A stretch of 64,000 nt of DNA from Macrostomum lignano (lineage: Eukaryota): contig NIVC01000269.1 in assembly GCA_002269645.1 (NCBI GenBank), positions 558,001 through 622,000 of the forward strand, written 5' to 3'. The notes below the pieces were generated by a model. It was not told the DNA's origin, ran no database searches, and saw only the letters and a list, made by a program, of their open reading frames with translations. A program made the translations under genes and the position numbers. This document shows positions 1-42,341 of this stretch, piece after piece; positions within the stretch are counted from its first letter, which is position 1, and each line of letters begins with the position of its first letter.

Positions 1-159
1 TCTGATAAGAATTATTCCAACTATATATATAACTATCTAGATAGATAATATTTAAGTAAACAACAAAGAGAGAATAGTGTTGGGATGCAGCAATGAAAGA
101 TTAGTTCTTTAGGGCTGACTTTAAATTTTTAATTTCAGTCGCTTTAGCACCCTTGACTT

Positions 160-729
160 CAGCACCAGGGGGCGCCAGCACCAGGGGGCGCCAGCACCAG
201 GGGGCGCCAGCACCAGGGGGCGCCAGCACCAGGAGGCGCCAGCACCAGGGGGCGCCAGCACCAGGGGGCGCCAGCACCAGGGGGCGCCAGCACCAGGGGG
301 CGCCAGCACCAGGGGGCGCCAGCACCAGGGGGCGCCAGCACCAGGGGGCGCCAGCACCAGGGGGCGCCAGCACCAGGGGGCGCCAGCACCAGGGGGCGCC
401 AGCACCAGGGGGCGCCAGCACCAGGGGGCGCCAGCACCAGGGGGCGCCAGCACCAGGGGGCGCCAGCACCAGGGGCGCCAGCACCAGGGGGCGCCAGCAC
501 CAGGGGGCGCCAGCACCAGGGGGCGCCAGCACCAGGGGGCGCCAGCACCAGGGGGCGCCAGCACCAGGGGGCGCCAGCACCAGGGGGCGCCAGCACCAGG
601 GGGCGCCAGCACCAGGGGGCGCCAGCACCAGGGGGCGCCAGCACCAGGGGGCGCCAGCACCAGGGGGCGCCAGCACCAGGGGGCGCCAGCACCAGGGGGC
701 GCCAGCACCAGGGGGCGCCAGCACCAGGG
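160..729. repeat. GC-rich 16-bp minisatellite (AGCACCAGGGGGCGCC)n, about 35 copies
   Basis: Near-perfect 16-bp period. ORFs 101..724, 121..777, 153..743 and 159..692 are 16-aa periodic read-throughs of it. Confidence 0.97.
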
Positions 730-841
730 ACTTAAGCTCATAAAACCCTCGATTGGGCTCTGTGGGAACTTACTCAATTTACTAAGCTTTAGTCTGAAAT
801 TATGCTACATCTATTTGACGCATTTCCTTCTCCATTGACAG

Positions 842-6062
<5,221 letters not shown>

Positions 6063-6821
6063 TTGAGTCAACTCGGTTGCTATGGTGATTTTGCAAATCC
6101 AGATACTTCTCAGCTCCTAAAGTCATCCCCCGCAATTTTTTGTTATATAAACTTTCTTGATTAATTTTTTTGAGCGTTATTACATCAAACGTTCCACTTC
6201 TACTACTGACAAGAGGGGTTTTTGATAATTACGTTCACTAAATTGATAATTTGCTGGCTGATATACTAAATTTCCTGCAATTGCTAATAGGATCGAGCTA
6301 CTATGTACATGTAATTGTAGTTTTTATGTACAAGTGAACATATCATTTTTATGATTGTTTTTACCAATAGACCTACCTATTCAATACTTGCTAAGAAGTC
6401 TAGCGTATTATTTGTTCGGCTTGTTTGTTATCTGTACATATAATTCAATAAAAACTTTTTTCGGATTAACTACATGTACATGCGCAATTCCATACCTATA
6501 ATTTCATATCGCATATACGAGTGCCACATGTAACTCTTGTTTAATAGTAAACGAATTTGTTTTAATTAAATAAAAAATAAAAGTTTGTGAATTTTTATAG
6601 CATACTTAAGTTTGATGAATTTGCTTTCGAGGCTGCACGCATACTAACTCAAAATTAGGATGAAATAATAATTAGAAGTCTTCAGCGTACACAACATGCA
6701 CATAAACATATGCCATCTTTAACCACAGCTAGTTTCCATGTACTGCCTATATAATATCTTAAGAGTGTATGGTCCGCTCGACAACAAGGTTGATAAGGCA
6801 CCAGCAATCACAATTACTCAT

Positions 6822-7190
6822 TTTGGCATTCAAAAAACTCATTTAGGCATTCGCAATGCTCATTATGGCATTCACAACACTCAATTTAGTATTCACAATG
6901 CTCATTTTGGCATTCACAATGCTCATTTTGGCATTCCCAACACTCAATTTGGCATTCACAGCACTCAATTTGGCATTCACAACACTCAATTTAGTATTCA
7001 CAATGCTCATTTTGGCATTCCCAACACTCAATTTGGCATTCACAATACTCAATTTAGTATTCACAATGCTCATTTTGGCATTTACAACAATCATTTTTAC
7101 ATTCACAATACCCATTTTGGTATTCACAATGGTCATTTAGGCATTCACAATGTGTTATTTTAGCATTCACAATGTTGATTTTCGCTAAGT
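6822..7190. repeat. 21-bp minisatellite (CATTTTGGCATTCACAATGCT / CAATTTGGCATTCACAACACT)
   Basis: 21-bp period. Gives 7-aa periodic ORFs 6738..7163, 6843..7136 and 6856..7140. Confidence 0.9.
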
Positions 7191-7675
7191 ACTGATCAAG
7201 TTCTTAAATAATTAGGAAACAAACACAAATCAAAGTCTTTGTCATTTAAAACCAAACCCGCGAACACGGGCACCCGCAGGTACCAGTATAGTTAGATTAC
7301 GCGAGCGCTCATAACAGAAGTTTATAATCTAGTTTATCAATCATTAATTTCGAACATAGACATATAGTAGGTGAAGTTAATATAAGCAAAACTCGTTTTG
7401 TTAGCTTAAATTAACTGCTTAAAAGCAGGACAAAAGCACGGTTCAAAGTCGTAACGCAAACGGCAAACACGGAGAAATAAGAAAAATGCAGCAAAAACGC
7501 AGACACTGAAAAAGATGTAAAGAAGCTTTGAAGCATTTTTTGTGTGTGCTTAAATTTTTACTCACAGGGAGGATTCCACCGACAGATTAAGTTATAATTG
7601 GCGATGCGAGGTCAAATATTTCAACAAAATTTAAATTTTAAATAAGACTAAGTGCACCGATTTAGACGTACGCAT

Positions 7676-10372
7676 TCAGATGAGTGATCCAGGGCGTGAT
7701 TCTCTTCAGGGTGTGATTTTCTTCAGGGTGAGTGATTCAGGGCGTGATTCTCTTCAGGATGAGTGATTCTCTTTAGGGTGAGTGATTCTCTTTAGGGTGA
7801 GTGATTCTCTTTAGGATGAGTGATTCTCTTTAGGGTGATTGATTCTCTTTAGGATGAGTGATCTTTTCAGGGTGAGTGATTCAGGGCATGATTCTCCTCA
7901 GGATCAGTGATTCTCTCCAGGGTGAGTGATTCAGGGCATGATTCTCTTCAGGATGAGTGATTCTCTTCAGGGTGAGTGATTCCATGCATGATTCTCTTTA
8001 GGATGAGTGAATCTCTTCAGGATGAGTGATTCTCTTCAGGGTGAGTGATTCTCTTCAGAATGAGTGATTTTCTTCAGGGTGAGTGATTCTCTTCAGGGTG
8101 AGTGATTCAGGGCGTGATTCTCTTCAGGGCGTGATTTTCTTCAGGTTGAGTGATTCAGGGCGTGATTCTCTTCAGGATGAGTGATTCTCTTTAGGGTGAG
8201 TGATTCTCTTTAGGATGAGTGATCTTTTCAGGGTGAGTGATTCAGGGCATGATTCTCCTCAGGATGAGTGATTCTCTTTAGGGTGAGTGATTCTCTTTAG
8301 GATGAGTGATCTTTTCAGGGTGAGTGATTCAGGGCATGATTCTCCTCAGGATCAGTGATTCTCTCCAGGGTGAGTGATTCAGGGCATGATTCTCTTCAGG
8401 ATGAGTGATTCTCTTGAGGGTGAGTGATTCAGGGCATGATTCTCTTTAGGATGAGTGATTCAGGGCGTGATTCTCTTCAGGGTGAGTGATTCAGGGCGTG
8501 ATTCTCTTCAGGATGAGTGATTCTCTTTAGGGTGAGTGATTCTCTTTAGGATGAGTGATTCTCTTCAGGATGAGTGATTCTCGTCAGGGTGAGTGATTCA
8601 GGTCATGATTCTCTTTAGTGTGAGTGATTCAGGGCGTGATTCTCTTCAGGGTGAGTGATTCAGGGCGTGATTCTCTTCAGGATGAGTAATTCTCTTCAGA
8701 ATGAGTGATTCTCTTCAGGGTGAGTGATTCTCTTCAGAATGAGTGATTTTCTTCAGGGTGAGTGATTCTCTTCAGGGTGAGTGATTCAGGGCGTGATTCT
8801 CTTCAGGGTGTGATTTTCTTCAGGTTGAGTGATTCAGGGCGTGATTCTTTCCAGGGTGAGTGATTCAGGGTGTGATTCTCTTCAGGATGAGTGATTCTCT
8901 TTAGGGTGAGTGATTCTCTTTAGGATGAGTGATCTTTTCAGGGTGAGTGATTCAGGGCATGATTCTCCTCAGGATCAGTGATTCTCTCCAGGGTGAGTGA
9001 TTCAGGGCATGATTCTCTTCAGGATGAGTGATTCTCTTCAGGGTGAGTGATTCCGGGCATGATTCTCTTTAGGATGAGTGATTCTCTTCAGGGTGAGTGA
9101 TTCAGGGCATGATTCTCTTTAGGGTAAGTGATTCAGGGCTTAATTCTCTTCATGATGAGTTATTCAGTGCATGATTCTCTTCAGGATGAGTGATTCTCTT
9201 TAGGGTGAGTGATTCTCTTTAGGATGAGTGATTCTCTTCAGGATGAGTGATTCTCTTCAGGGTGAGTGATTCAGGGCATGATTCTCTTTAGGGTAAGTGA
9301 TTCAGGGCGTGATTCTCTTCAGGGTGAGTGATTCAGGGCGTGATTCTCTTCAGGATGAGTGATTCTCTTTAGGGTGAGTGATTCTCTTTAGGGTGAGTGA
9401 TTCTCTTTAGGATGAGTGATTCTCTTCAGGATGAGTGATTCTCTTCAGGGTGAGTGATTCAGGGCATGATTCTCTTTAGGGTAAGTGATTCAGGGCGTGA
9501 TTCTCTTCAGGGTGAGTGATTCAGGGCGTGATTCTCTTTAGGATGAGTGATTCTCTTCAGGATGAGTGATTCTCGTCAGGGTGAGTGATTCAGGTCATGA
9601 TTCTCTTTAGGGTGAGTGATTCAGGGCGTGATTCTCTTCAGGGTGAGTGATTCAGGGCGTGATTCTCTTCAGGATGAGTAATTCTCTTCAGAATGAGTCA
9701 TTCTCTTCAGGGTGAGTGATTCTCTTCAGGGTGAGTGATTCTCTTCAGAATGAGTGATTTTCTTCAGGGTGAGTGATTCTCTTCAGGGTGAGTGATTCAG
9801 GGCGTGATTCTCTTCAGGGTGTGATTTTCTTCAGGTTGAGTGATTCAGGGCGTGATTCTTTCCAGGGTGAGTGATTCAGGGTGTGATTCTCTTCAGGATG
9901 AGTGATTCTCTTTAGGGTGAGTGATTCTCTTTAGGATGAGTGATCTTTTCAGGGTGAGTGATTCAGGGCATGATTCTCCTCAGGATCAGTGATTCTCTCC
10001 AGGGTGAGTGATTCAGGGCATGATTCTCTTCAGGATGAGTGATTCTCTTCAGGGTGAGTGATTCAGGGCATGATTCTCTTTAGGATGAGTGATTCTCTTC
10101 AGGATGAGTGATTCTCTTCAGGGTGAGTGATTCTCTTCAGGATGTGATTCTCTTCAGAATGAGTGATTTTCTTCAGGGTGAGTGATTCTCTTCAGGGTGA
10201 GTGATTCTCTTCAGGGGAGTGATTCAGGGCGTGATTCTATTCAGGGTGTGATTCAGGGCGTGATTCTCTTCATGGTGAGTGATTCAGTGCGTAATTTTCT
10301 CTTCAGGATGAGTGATTTTCTTTAGGGTGAGTGATTCAGGGCGTGATTCTTGTCAGGGTTAGTGATTTAGGG
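7676..10372. repeat. Composite satellite of 19-bp GAGTGATTCTCTTCAGGGT units plus GTGATTCAGGGC sub-units (2.7 kb)
   Basis: Direct reading. Interleaved 19-bp and roughly 29-bp units with recurring variant blocks. Confidence 0.95.
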
Positions 10373-10424
10373 CCAGTGAGTCCGATCCAAGACACAGCTA
10401 TGCCAGTCAGCGGAGAGTTTATAC

Positions 10425-13907
<3,483 letters not shown>

Positions 13908-14094
13908 GGATAAACTAGTTTATAATTTAGCTGCGGGATTTCAATTCAAGGGGAGAATGTCTATTAATTCTTGCAGAATTAATAAGGTAGATACAATGAC
14001 TTTTTAGCTCAATTCCAATAAATCTTCAGACTTCTTTAATGATGCGTTTACTATGATGGAAGGGTAGTTTATTTGTCTACAAAGGGAGTCTGAG

Positions 14095-14765
14095 GGATTT
14101 ATCTGGTGACAGAGAGGCAGTGGGGTTTATCTGGTTACAGAGAGGCAGTGGGGTTTATCTGGTTACAGAGAGGCAGTGGGGTTTATCTGGTTACAGAGAG
14201 GCAGTGGGGTTTATCTGGTTACAGAGAGGCAGTGGGGTTTATCTGGTTACAGAGAGGCAGTGGGGTTTATCTGGTTACAGAGAGGCAGTGGGGTTTATCT
14301 GGTTACAGAGAGGCAGTGGGGTTTATCTGGTTACAGAGAGGCAGTGGGGTGTATCTGGTTACAGAGAGGCAGTGGGGTTCATCTGGTTACAGATAGACAG
14401 CGGGGTTTATCTGGTTACAGATAGACAGCGGGGTTTATCTGGTTACAGATAGACAGTGGGGGTTTATCTGGTTACAGAGGAACAGTGGGGGGTTTATCTG
14501 GTTACAAAGGAACAGTGGGGGTGGGTTTATTTGGTTACAGATAGACAATGGGGAGTTTATCTGTTACACAGACAGTGGGAGGTTATCTGGTTACAGAGGG
14601 ACAGTGGGGTTTATTTGGTTACAGAGAGGCAGTGGGGTTTATCTGGTTACAGATAGACAGTGGAGGGTTTATCTGTTACACAAAGACAGTGGGAGGTTAT
14701 CTGGTTACAGAGGGACAGTGGGGTTTATTTGGTTACAGAGGGACAGTAGGAGGGTATCTGGTAAT
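14095..14765. repeat. 28-bp minisatellite (GGTTACAGAGAGGCAGTGGGGTTTATCT)n
   Basis: 28-bp period, homogeneous on the left and diverged on the right. Confidence 0.95.
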
Positions 14766-17700
14766 CTGGTTATAACAGACAGGGAATGGTTCTATTTAAA
14801 TAGGACTTCAAAAATTGATAAAGAAATGTGCAACCCACAGCACTTGTCAGTCCATCTCTTTGACCAGAAGCACAATTGCATCACTGATATAGATGTAGCA
14901 GTTTGGCAGCAGTGGCAGTTAGAATGCATCAGTCTTGGTAGTAAGCTTGTATGCTAAATAAGGTAGCATAATATAAGTTATTGACAATTGAAAAAAATAT
15001 ATATATACCTTAAAAGAATGTAATTAATATAACCATAAGTAATTAAACCCACCTCATGATACACAAAGCTTCATCACTGCAGGGCAATCTACCCAATAGA
15101 GGATAATTGCAGACAAAGCCAAAGTGTTATCAAAACTGTTTTTTTTCAATCTAAAATTAAAAAATCAATATGGTCACAATTAAAACATGTAATGACAAGG
15201 ATAGACTCAAGAATAATCTAATATAATAGTCTAATATATATTGAAATAAAGACTTACTATTTATATAAAGAAAATGATTTGCAATTTAAAACTTTTGCAT
15301 TAAAATTTGTATTTTTTAGTTATTTAGCATTTGGCTTTTTTTCTGATTGCTTTGTATTTTTACACCTATTTAAAGATTAGACAAAAAACTTTCTAGTATT
15401 AAGATCATTTAATTTTTAGACCTTACCTTAAAATTAAACCTTCATCTTTAAAATCAGTTAAACTTAAGTAAAAATTGCCATAAAAACAAAAGATTGCCAA
15501 TGCATTCTTCTCGAGCATTAGATGAACAGTTGTGCTAAAAATAGAACTTAGTATTTGTCAGTCTTCTTTCCTTTTTTAGAGGAGCATACAGTAGAGACAC
15601 ACAGCCACTCTCTTCCTTTCCTCCCCGCGAACATTCCCCAGAATGATCCGAGCCTGCCCAAACCCCCTTTAGATGTCCAGTAATCCCAAGGAGCCTTTCC
15701 TGCTCTTCCCCAGGCATAGCGATTGCCAAGTCACTGCCCCCAACTAATTGTCTCTTAATATTAGACGTTTGATTCTGCTACTTAATTCCCAATGAAGCAA
15801 ACTGTCCTCCCCGCCAGCATTCTCTATTAACCACTAGAATTCTCCATTAGCGCGCCAGGCAACTCTAATCCACTGCGAAACCCTTACCTCCCTCATTTAT
15901 ATTTCCCTGGACTGAAAAGAAAACTGTGTCTTGCCGCTTGGACACATCACGCCAGACGCCACCAGGAGCAACCTAAGGCTTACTCCTATTAGTAGGATTT
16001 CAGTAAATAGAAAAACCCCTGTAACAAATACATTATCTTTTATATTATATCAGGCCTATATTTCAAACTATCCATCTTTTTTGCTAATAATTTATAGCCA
16101 AATTTCTATTATTGAAAAGTTTATTTTATTTGTCCTTAAACTATTGCCAAAGTCAAGACAAAGTGACTAGTAGTAGTCTACCTGCTCACAACCCAAATAA
16201 GTTTTAATAATTATTAGGCCTAGTATAGTATTAGTTGACAATTAAAATAATCTGATGGGATTGCTATTATTGTTATGTAAAACTTAGTAATCTATCTATT
16301 GAATATGCAATTTACAATATTCACTATATTAAACTAAACACATAGCCAGAAACAGCAAATTTTCTATTTTAAACAGTTAAATAGCCTCATTTTATTACTA
16401 GAAAGATATTTGAGCACTACAGAGGTAAAAATGTATAGGCATATTGCCATAGTATGAAATGGACCAGGGCAATACAATAGACAGAAGTTTGTACCATGAC
16501 ATCTGAGAGAGATAGCAGCTGCTGTATCATCGCGGCCGGTATTTGCAGAAGTAGTAGTAGTCAGAATTTGGCTCAGGCAATTAGCCTGTTCGGCCAATAT
16601 AATATATTATTGGGGCAATAGTATTGGCAGTTTGTGCAATGTCATTTAAAAAAGGCATTTGTTTACTATGTAGATTAACAAAAAAGATCGCATAGAAAAA
16701 ACATATTTTAGAATTCAATCTTTAGCAAGTATTTTGGTTTCAAAACTAATTTTATAAAAATGCTTTTATACAAATTACTAAAGCATAAAATGTAGGTAGT
16801 TTCTGCGGTTCTTTAATTTTGAAATTTGTTGTTGAGACCTAATTTTTTAATTATTATTGTTGTTTAGAAATCTGCAAAAAATCTGAAATTATTTTTTGAC
16901 TTATTATACTATCTAGTTAAAACTTGTTTGCACTCTTACTTAAGAATAAGACTATTAAAAGCACTGTGCAAGAGTATGCTATAATTATATAAAGCTAGGT
17001 TACCTTATTTAGTTTTGTCAAAAATGTTTAAAAATTACATTTTGAAAGAACACATCAAAACCGTTAATGCATTTTGCACTTATAAAATTTATTTATATCG
17101 TCCATACATTGTCCATACTTACCTTAACTTAGTTAGACCCCTTGCTAGTCAACTATATATTTGTTTATATGTTTAAGTTAAGATTCAGCAGTTATAGAAA
17201 CATTTACCATCTTCTAATTTAAATAAAAATAGTTACAAAATTCAAAAATATGCCAATTTTTGGTAGTATCATTTAGTAGCAATTATAATGTATTGTTATT
17301 AATAGCCAACTGACTAATCAATCTAACTAACATACATAGTAAAAGTAGGGCTGGGGAACATAAACATTATATTTGTATTATAGCAGAAAATGATTGTCTT
17401 AGTTTAGGAAAATTCGTCAACTTAATGTTATCTAGATTGACAAGGGATACCACGTGGTGGAGACATTGATGCCATGCATTTGCAATGATGCAGATGAAAT
17501 AGCAGAGATTTCAACCATGCACTCCCAGAGATTAAAATAGATAAAAATGTATAATACTCTATAATATTATACTTTAATGATTCTTATTCTTATTTATCTT
17601 ATTTATTACTATCTTTAGTTTCAATAATGCATACTAGGCATGTTTGGAATAGACAAACTATATTAGCAACCTTCAACTTATTAGAGATATAGGTCTATAC

Positions 17701-18366
17701 CTTAACCTTTTCAATAAAATAACATAATTAGCTATTCCAAACTTGTATAAGCTGCAATCTTGTATAAGTATCTTCTACAAGTATCTTGCTAGAAGATATA
17801 GTTTCCCTCTAGCCTAGGTATTTCTAATTCTAATATAACTTAGGTAGCATATAGAAGCTCTTGTAATAATGAAAACCCTAGTATTGATAAAATTAAGAGG
17901 CATTTCTTGTTATCAATAATAATTATGCTAAGAACTATCATAGAAATAAGAATTTTGGAATGTTACATTATCTGTCCAGTTGATTGTGTATCTCCTATAG
18001 CCAAGTAGTAGTCATTGCATCTATTGACTATAGTATCCATTGAGAAGAATTTTTCATTGAAGAATATATATACAAGCCTATCATGTGTCTTTAGCTTAAC
18101 TCAAAAGTTGTTGACTATGTACTACTAGTATTAATATTGCATCTCAGAATTGAAATGGCAAGTTACCAAGACCTTGTTTTTTATGTGCTCAAGTTTCAAG
18201 TTACATGCCACATAACAAGCACTGCATTGAGGATTTCATTGAATTAAAATATACTATAATACTATAATTACTATTGAATTCAAGCTATATACAAATAATA
18301 GCTTGAGTATTAAGCTATGCAAGCTGGACCACCAATTTGACAAGCCTTTATATCTGTAATCTTTAT

Positions 18367-18548
18367 CAGGGGTGGCGGAGCCTAATATTTGAGGGGGGCA
18401 CTGGGCATAGGGCAAGGGGGGCACAGGTACCTTTATAAGCTGCTAATTAGGACCTAAAATCAGAAAAAGCACTAAAAATTACCACATTGACTCATTTTCT
18501 GGGGGGAGGGGCATGTGCCCCCGGTGCCGCAAGCTCCCGCTGCCCATG
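18367..18548. mobile_element. Degenerate hAT-type MITE (about 182 bp)
   Basis: Imperfect TIRs CAGGGGTGGCGGAGC ... GCTCCCGCTGCCCATG, flanked by 8-bp near-duplication ATCTTTAT / ATATTTAT (7/8 match). GC-rich island in AT-rich DNA. An 8-bp TSD with CAG termini is typical of hAT. Confidence 0.6.
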
Positions 18549-19157
18549 ATATTTATATACAAGGCTTTTGTGTAATAAGGCATAAGCTCTTATCTTAGAT
18601 ATATTTATTGTCTTGCAATGTTTGTTGGCCAATTACCTATCTGAAGTAATGAAGAATCTTTTTCCATACCTCCTTATATTTAAAACATCTTTAATAACAG
18701 ATGCACTTTTAATAGCAGACACTTAAAATATTCCAATGTAGGCTAGGTGCTACACATAATTAAAGTGGTAGACAAAGTATAAACAAAGTATAACTTTTCA
18801 TTGCTTCTAACATTGTAAATTATAATTGACCAGGGTAAATTACAAAAAACTATAGCTAATTGATAAAAATACTAAAAGTATACATAAAAGTTTTTGATTA
18901 GATTTTAAATGCTTTAAGCTACCAGATGACTAGATATCATTCTCATTCTGTCTTGGCCATTCCTTGGGATTGTCCATACAGTGAGGATTTTATTAGGTTT
19001 TTGACTACCTCGGGTGCCAGCACTAAAAAAATTGCAATTAATTCCATGTTACTCCTTGTATGAAATTTTCAGCTTTGAAGCAATTGAACAGTTTTTTTAT
19101 CACGTCAGCTGGCTCTCTTCAACAATCAGGAAATCAACTTAGGAACAACCGATCAAA

Positions 19158-39135
<19,978 letters not shown>

Positions 39136-40585
39136 AAGCCTCAGGAGCTGGTGGGCTGTGTGCAGCCGGCACCACTCATAACCGTGGAATTTCAAAATCA
39201 ACATTAAGGACCGATCTTTAAAAATGTTGATTCTGTTTGACTGTCCCGCGGCGTGAATAAACAAGCTCGATTACACATCAATATTAACACACTAGCTCAC
39301 AGTGTCTGTCTAACCAATGAATAATCTTAATATTTGTTGTTGCTGTCTCCATTTTTTTCAAAACAACAGAACTGATAAAGCTTGGATTTTATTAGCAAAT
39401 TTAGACTAGAATAATATCCCTATGCTAGTTAAGCTACTGTTCAGTAGAAAGTACAGAAAGTAAAAAATCGCTTTTTGAGTTTATTTAATAATTTGCCGTG
39501 TGAACTTTTTTATGTTTTATTTTTTGCTCTGTTGCTAGCCATACACATATTTATTTATTTCAAGTATTTATAAGTATTTATATTTATATTTTAATCCCTT
39601 AACCAATGCTACATGTTATTGGCCACTTGTGTGTGTGTGTGACCTTCTGCTTGTAATCAACCCATATGTTTTATACCTATTAATATATATATAATGTTCT
39701 CATACTATTTATACTACTAACATTTGGGACTTAACAACTAACCATCAACCCCCTGTGCAATTGATCTCTGTTAAACACAGCCAAACATTAATGGCCTGTT
39801 TTAATTAATGTAAATTTCATTTTATTTCAATCAATATTTGGTCAGGTACAATTTTTCATTGAAATACGCCACCAAAGTGTTTAAGTTAACATTTTCAATA
39901 TCTACCAGATTAATAGACTCTTTACCAATTATTAACCAATTTTTAAGACCAAAAAATCCTACAGAATGAATGGTGTTGTCAAATATCCTGTTTCCTCTGC
40001 TGCTTTTGCTGGCTTGGTGAAAGTGCTTACAGTCTCACCCTAAGAATCGTTTTTACCTTAAATAATAGTACCCACCCAGCCGCCTTGAGCTCCAATATGA
40101 GAGTTTTTTAATTAGCAGGCCTGAGCAGTAGACGGTGTGATCAACAGTTTTATGGATCTTTGTTTTGGTAAACTTTTTATTGCCAGGAAGATCAAGTGTC
40201 AGCTTCTGCTATAACCAATACTACTTATAGTAATAGATAGATACATATTTATTTATAACTAGTTTCATGAAAAATATAAGCGGAATTCGCCGTGCATGAG
40301 TGCGTCAGCTTTTTTTCAACAACTATATTGGCTGCTTATAAAGGCTTGCTGAAGTTTATTCATATATGTTTGCTGTCGTCTCGGTCTTTGTCTTGGGATT
40401 TTTTTGATGAAATGTACATGCACTGGTAACTGTATGTTACCTTAACTTTCTTCTCGGGTCGTAGTTCCATTCTCAACGTGAACAAAGTGAACTCACGGGT
40501 GACGGCCGGCTCCGTTCACACAGCGTATTAACTGGTCGCGGTTCGATTTACACAATGCATTCACTAGTTAAAATGGATGAAATGG

Positions 40586-41625
40586 CCACATTCACACAGC
40601 GTATTCACGGGTTACAGCAGTCACATTCACACAGTGTATTCACGGGTCACAGCAGTCACATTCACACAGTGTATTCACGGGTCACAACAGTCACATTCAC
40701 ACAGTGTATTCACGGGTCACAGCAGTCACATTCACACAGCGTATTCACGGGTCACAGCAGTCACATTCACACAGTGTATTCACGGGTCACAGCAGTCACA
40801 TTCACGCAGTGTATTCACGGGTCACAGCAGTCACATTCACACAGTGTATTCACGGGTCACAGCAGTCACATTCACACAGTGTATTCACGGATCACAGCAG
40901 TCACATTCACACAGCGTATTCACGGGTCACAGCAGTCACATTCACACAGTATGTTCACGGAACACAGTTCGATTCACACAGTATATTCACAGGTCACAGC
41001 AGTCACATTCACACAGCGTATTCACGGGTTACAGCAGTCACATTCACAGTGTATTCACGGGTCACAGCAGTCACATTCACACAGTGTATTCACGGGTCAC
41101 AACAGTCACATTCACACAGTGTATTCACGGGTCACAGCAGTCACATTCACACAGCGTATTCACGGGTCACAGCAGTCACATTCACACAGTGTATTCACGG
41201 GTCACAGCAGTCACATTCACGCAGTGTATTCACGGGTCACAGCAGTCACATTCACACAGTGTATTCACGGGTCACAGCAGTCACATTCACACAGTGTATT
41301 CACGGATCACAGCAGTCACATTCACACAGCGTATTCACGGGTCACAGCAGTCACATTCACACAGTATGTTCACGGAACACAGTTCGATTCACACAGTATA
41401 TTCACAGGTCACAGCAGTCACATTCACACAGCGTATTCACGGGTTACAGCAGTCACATTCACAGTGTATTCACGGGTCACAGCAGTCACATTCACACAGT
41501 GTATTCACGGGTCACAGCAGTCAGTCACATTCACACAGCGTATTCACGGGTCACAGCAGTCAGTCACATTCACACAGCGTATTCACGGGTCACAGCAGTC
41601 ACATTCACACAGCGTATTCACGGGT
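40586..41625. repeat. 35-bp minisatellite (TTCACACAGTGTATTCACGGGTCACAGCAGTCACA)n with a 415-bp higher-order duplication
   Basis: 35-bp period. The variant block ATGTTCACGGAACACAGTTCG occurs at 40951 and 41366. The three plus-strand ORFs over 320 aa are read-throughs of the array. Confidence 0.96.
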
Positions 41626-42341
41626 CCTGTTCGATTTCAAATAGTGGAAGTTGTATTCACAGCTCCTGCATAAACCGTGACACCCATTAGTTAACGTAAT
41701 AAAGACCAGCAGAAAGCAGGGTTCAGGCAATATGCTTACAGCACAGGGCACAGTAATGTACATGCATGTGATTGCACAGTTAAGAAAAATATCTCTATAA
41801 CTTGGCAGCAGAACTTTATATATATTTGAAATATTGCTTCACAAACATGCGCACTAAAGCAGCCAAGAGTTTTGAGGGAAAAAATTGTAAATCAATAATG
41901 CAACATTTTTATTGACTACGCAAATTAATGAATTAATGAATGATTAATAAAACAAGCGAATTAAAAAGGCAAACAACATTTACACTGCCGGGCAATGTAC
42001 AGAGGGACAGTGAAGTTGCAAACAGGGCCAAGCAAAGCAAAAATGCCAAGGGTTATAAAATACAGCAAGCAAACAGTTCACAAGGAGATCGGGTAGTCAT
42101 ATTTTTATTTTGGACAGAAAATCTTTAAAACAGTTTATCGGAAAATAAAATTGCGAGAAAATTTGTTTATTTTTGCTTGAAAATTATTTTTATGTCTATC
42201 CAAGCAACCGCATGCATGAGAACTGAAGAAGCAGATTCTCAAATATAAAGTGAGCCATTTTCATATTCAAATTGAGAGTTGGAAATAAACAATTGCCTGT
42301 TGTTGACGAATTTTACATCGTAACGATTGCTCTAAAATACT

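Noticed and set aside
7255-7290. Helitron 3' end (CCCG-loop-CGGG hairpin followed by CCAG-T)
   Set aside because: The terminus is not CTRR, and no matching 5' TC end or second copy was seen.
14780-18360. Possible hidden exons in the AT-rich region upstream of calpain (e.g. 16364-16597, 15535-15729)
   Set aside because: Short ORFs with no recognisable domain and no phase-consistent splice chain.
40555-41690. Three overlapping plus-strand ORFs of 328-372 aa (His/Ser/Thr-rich)
   Set aside because: All three frames are open because the 35-bp unit has no stop codon. No coding-like asymmetry.
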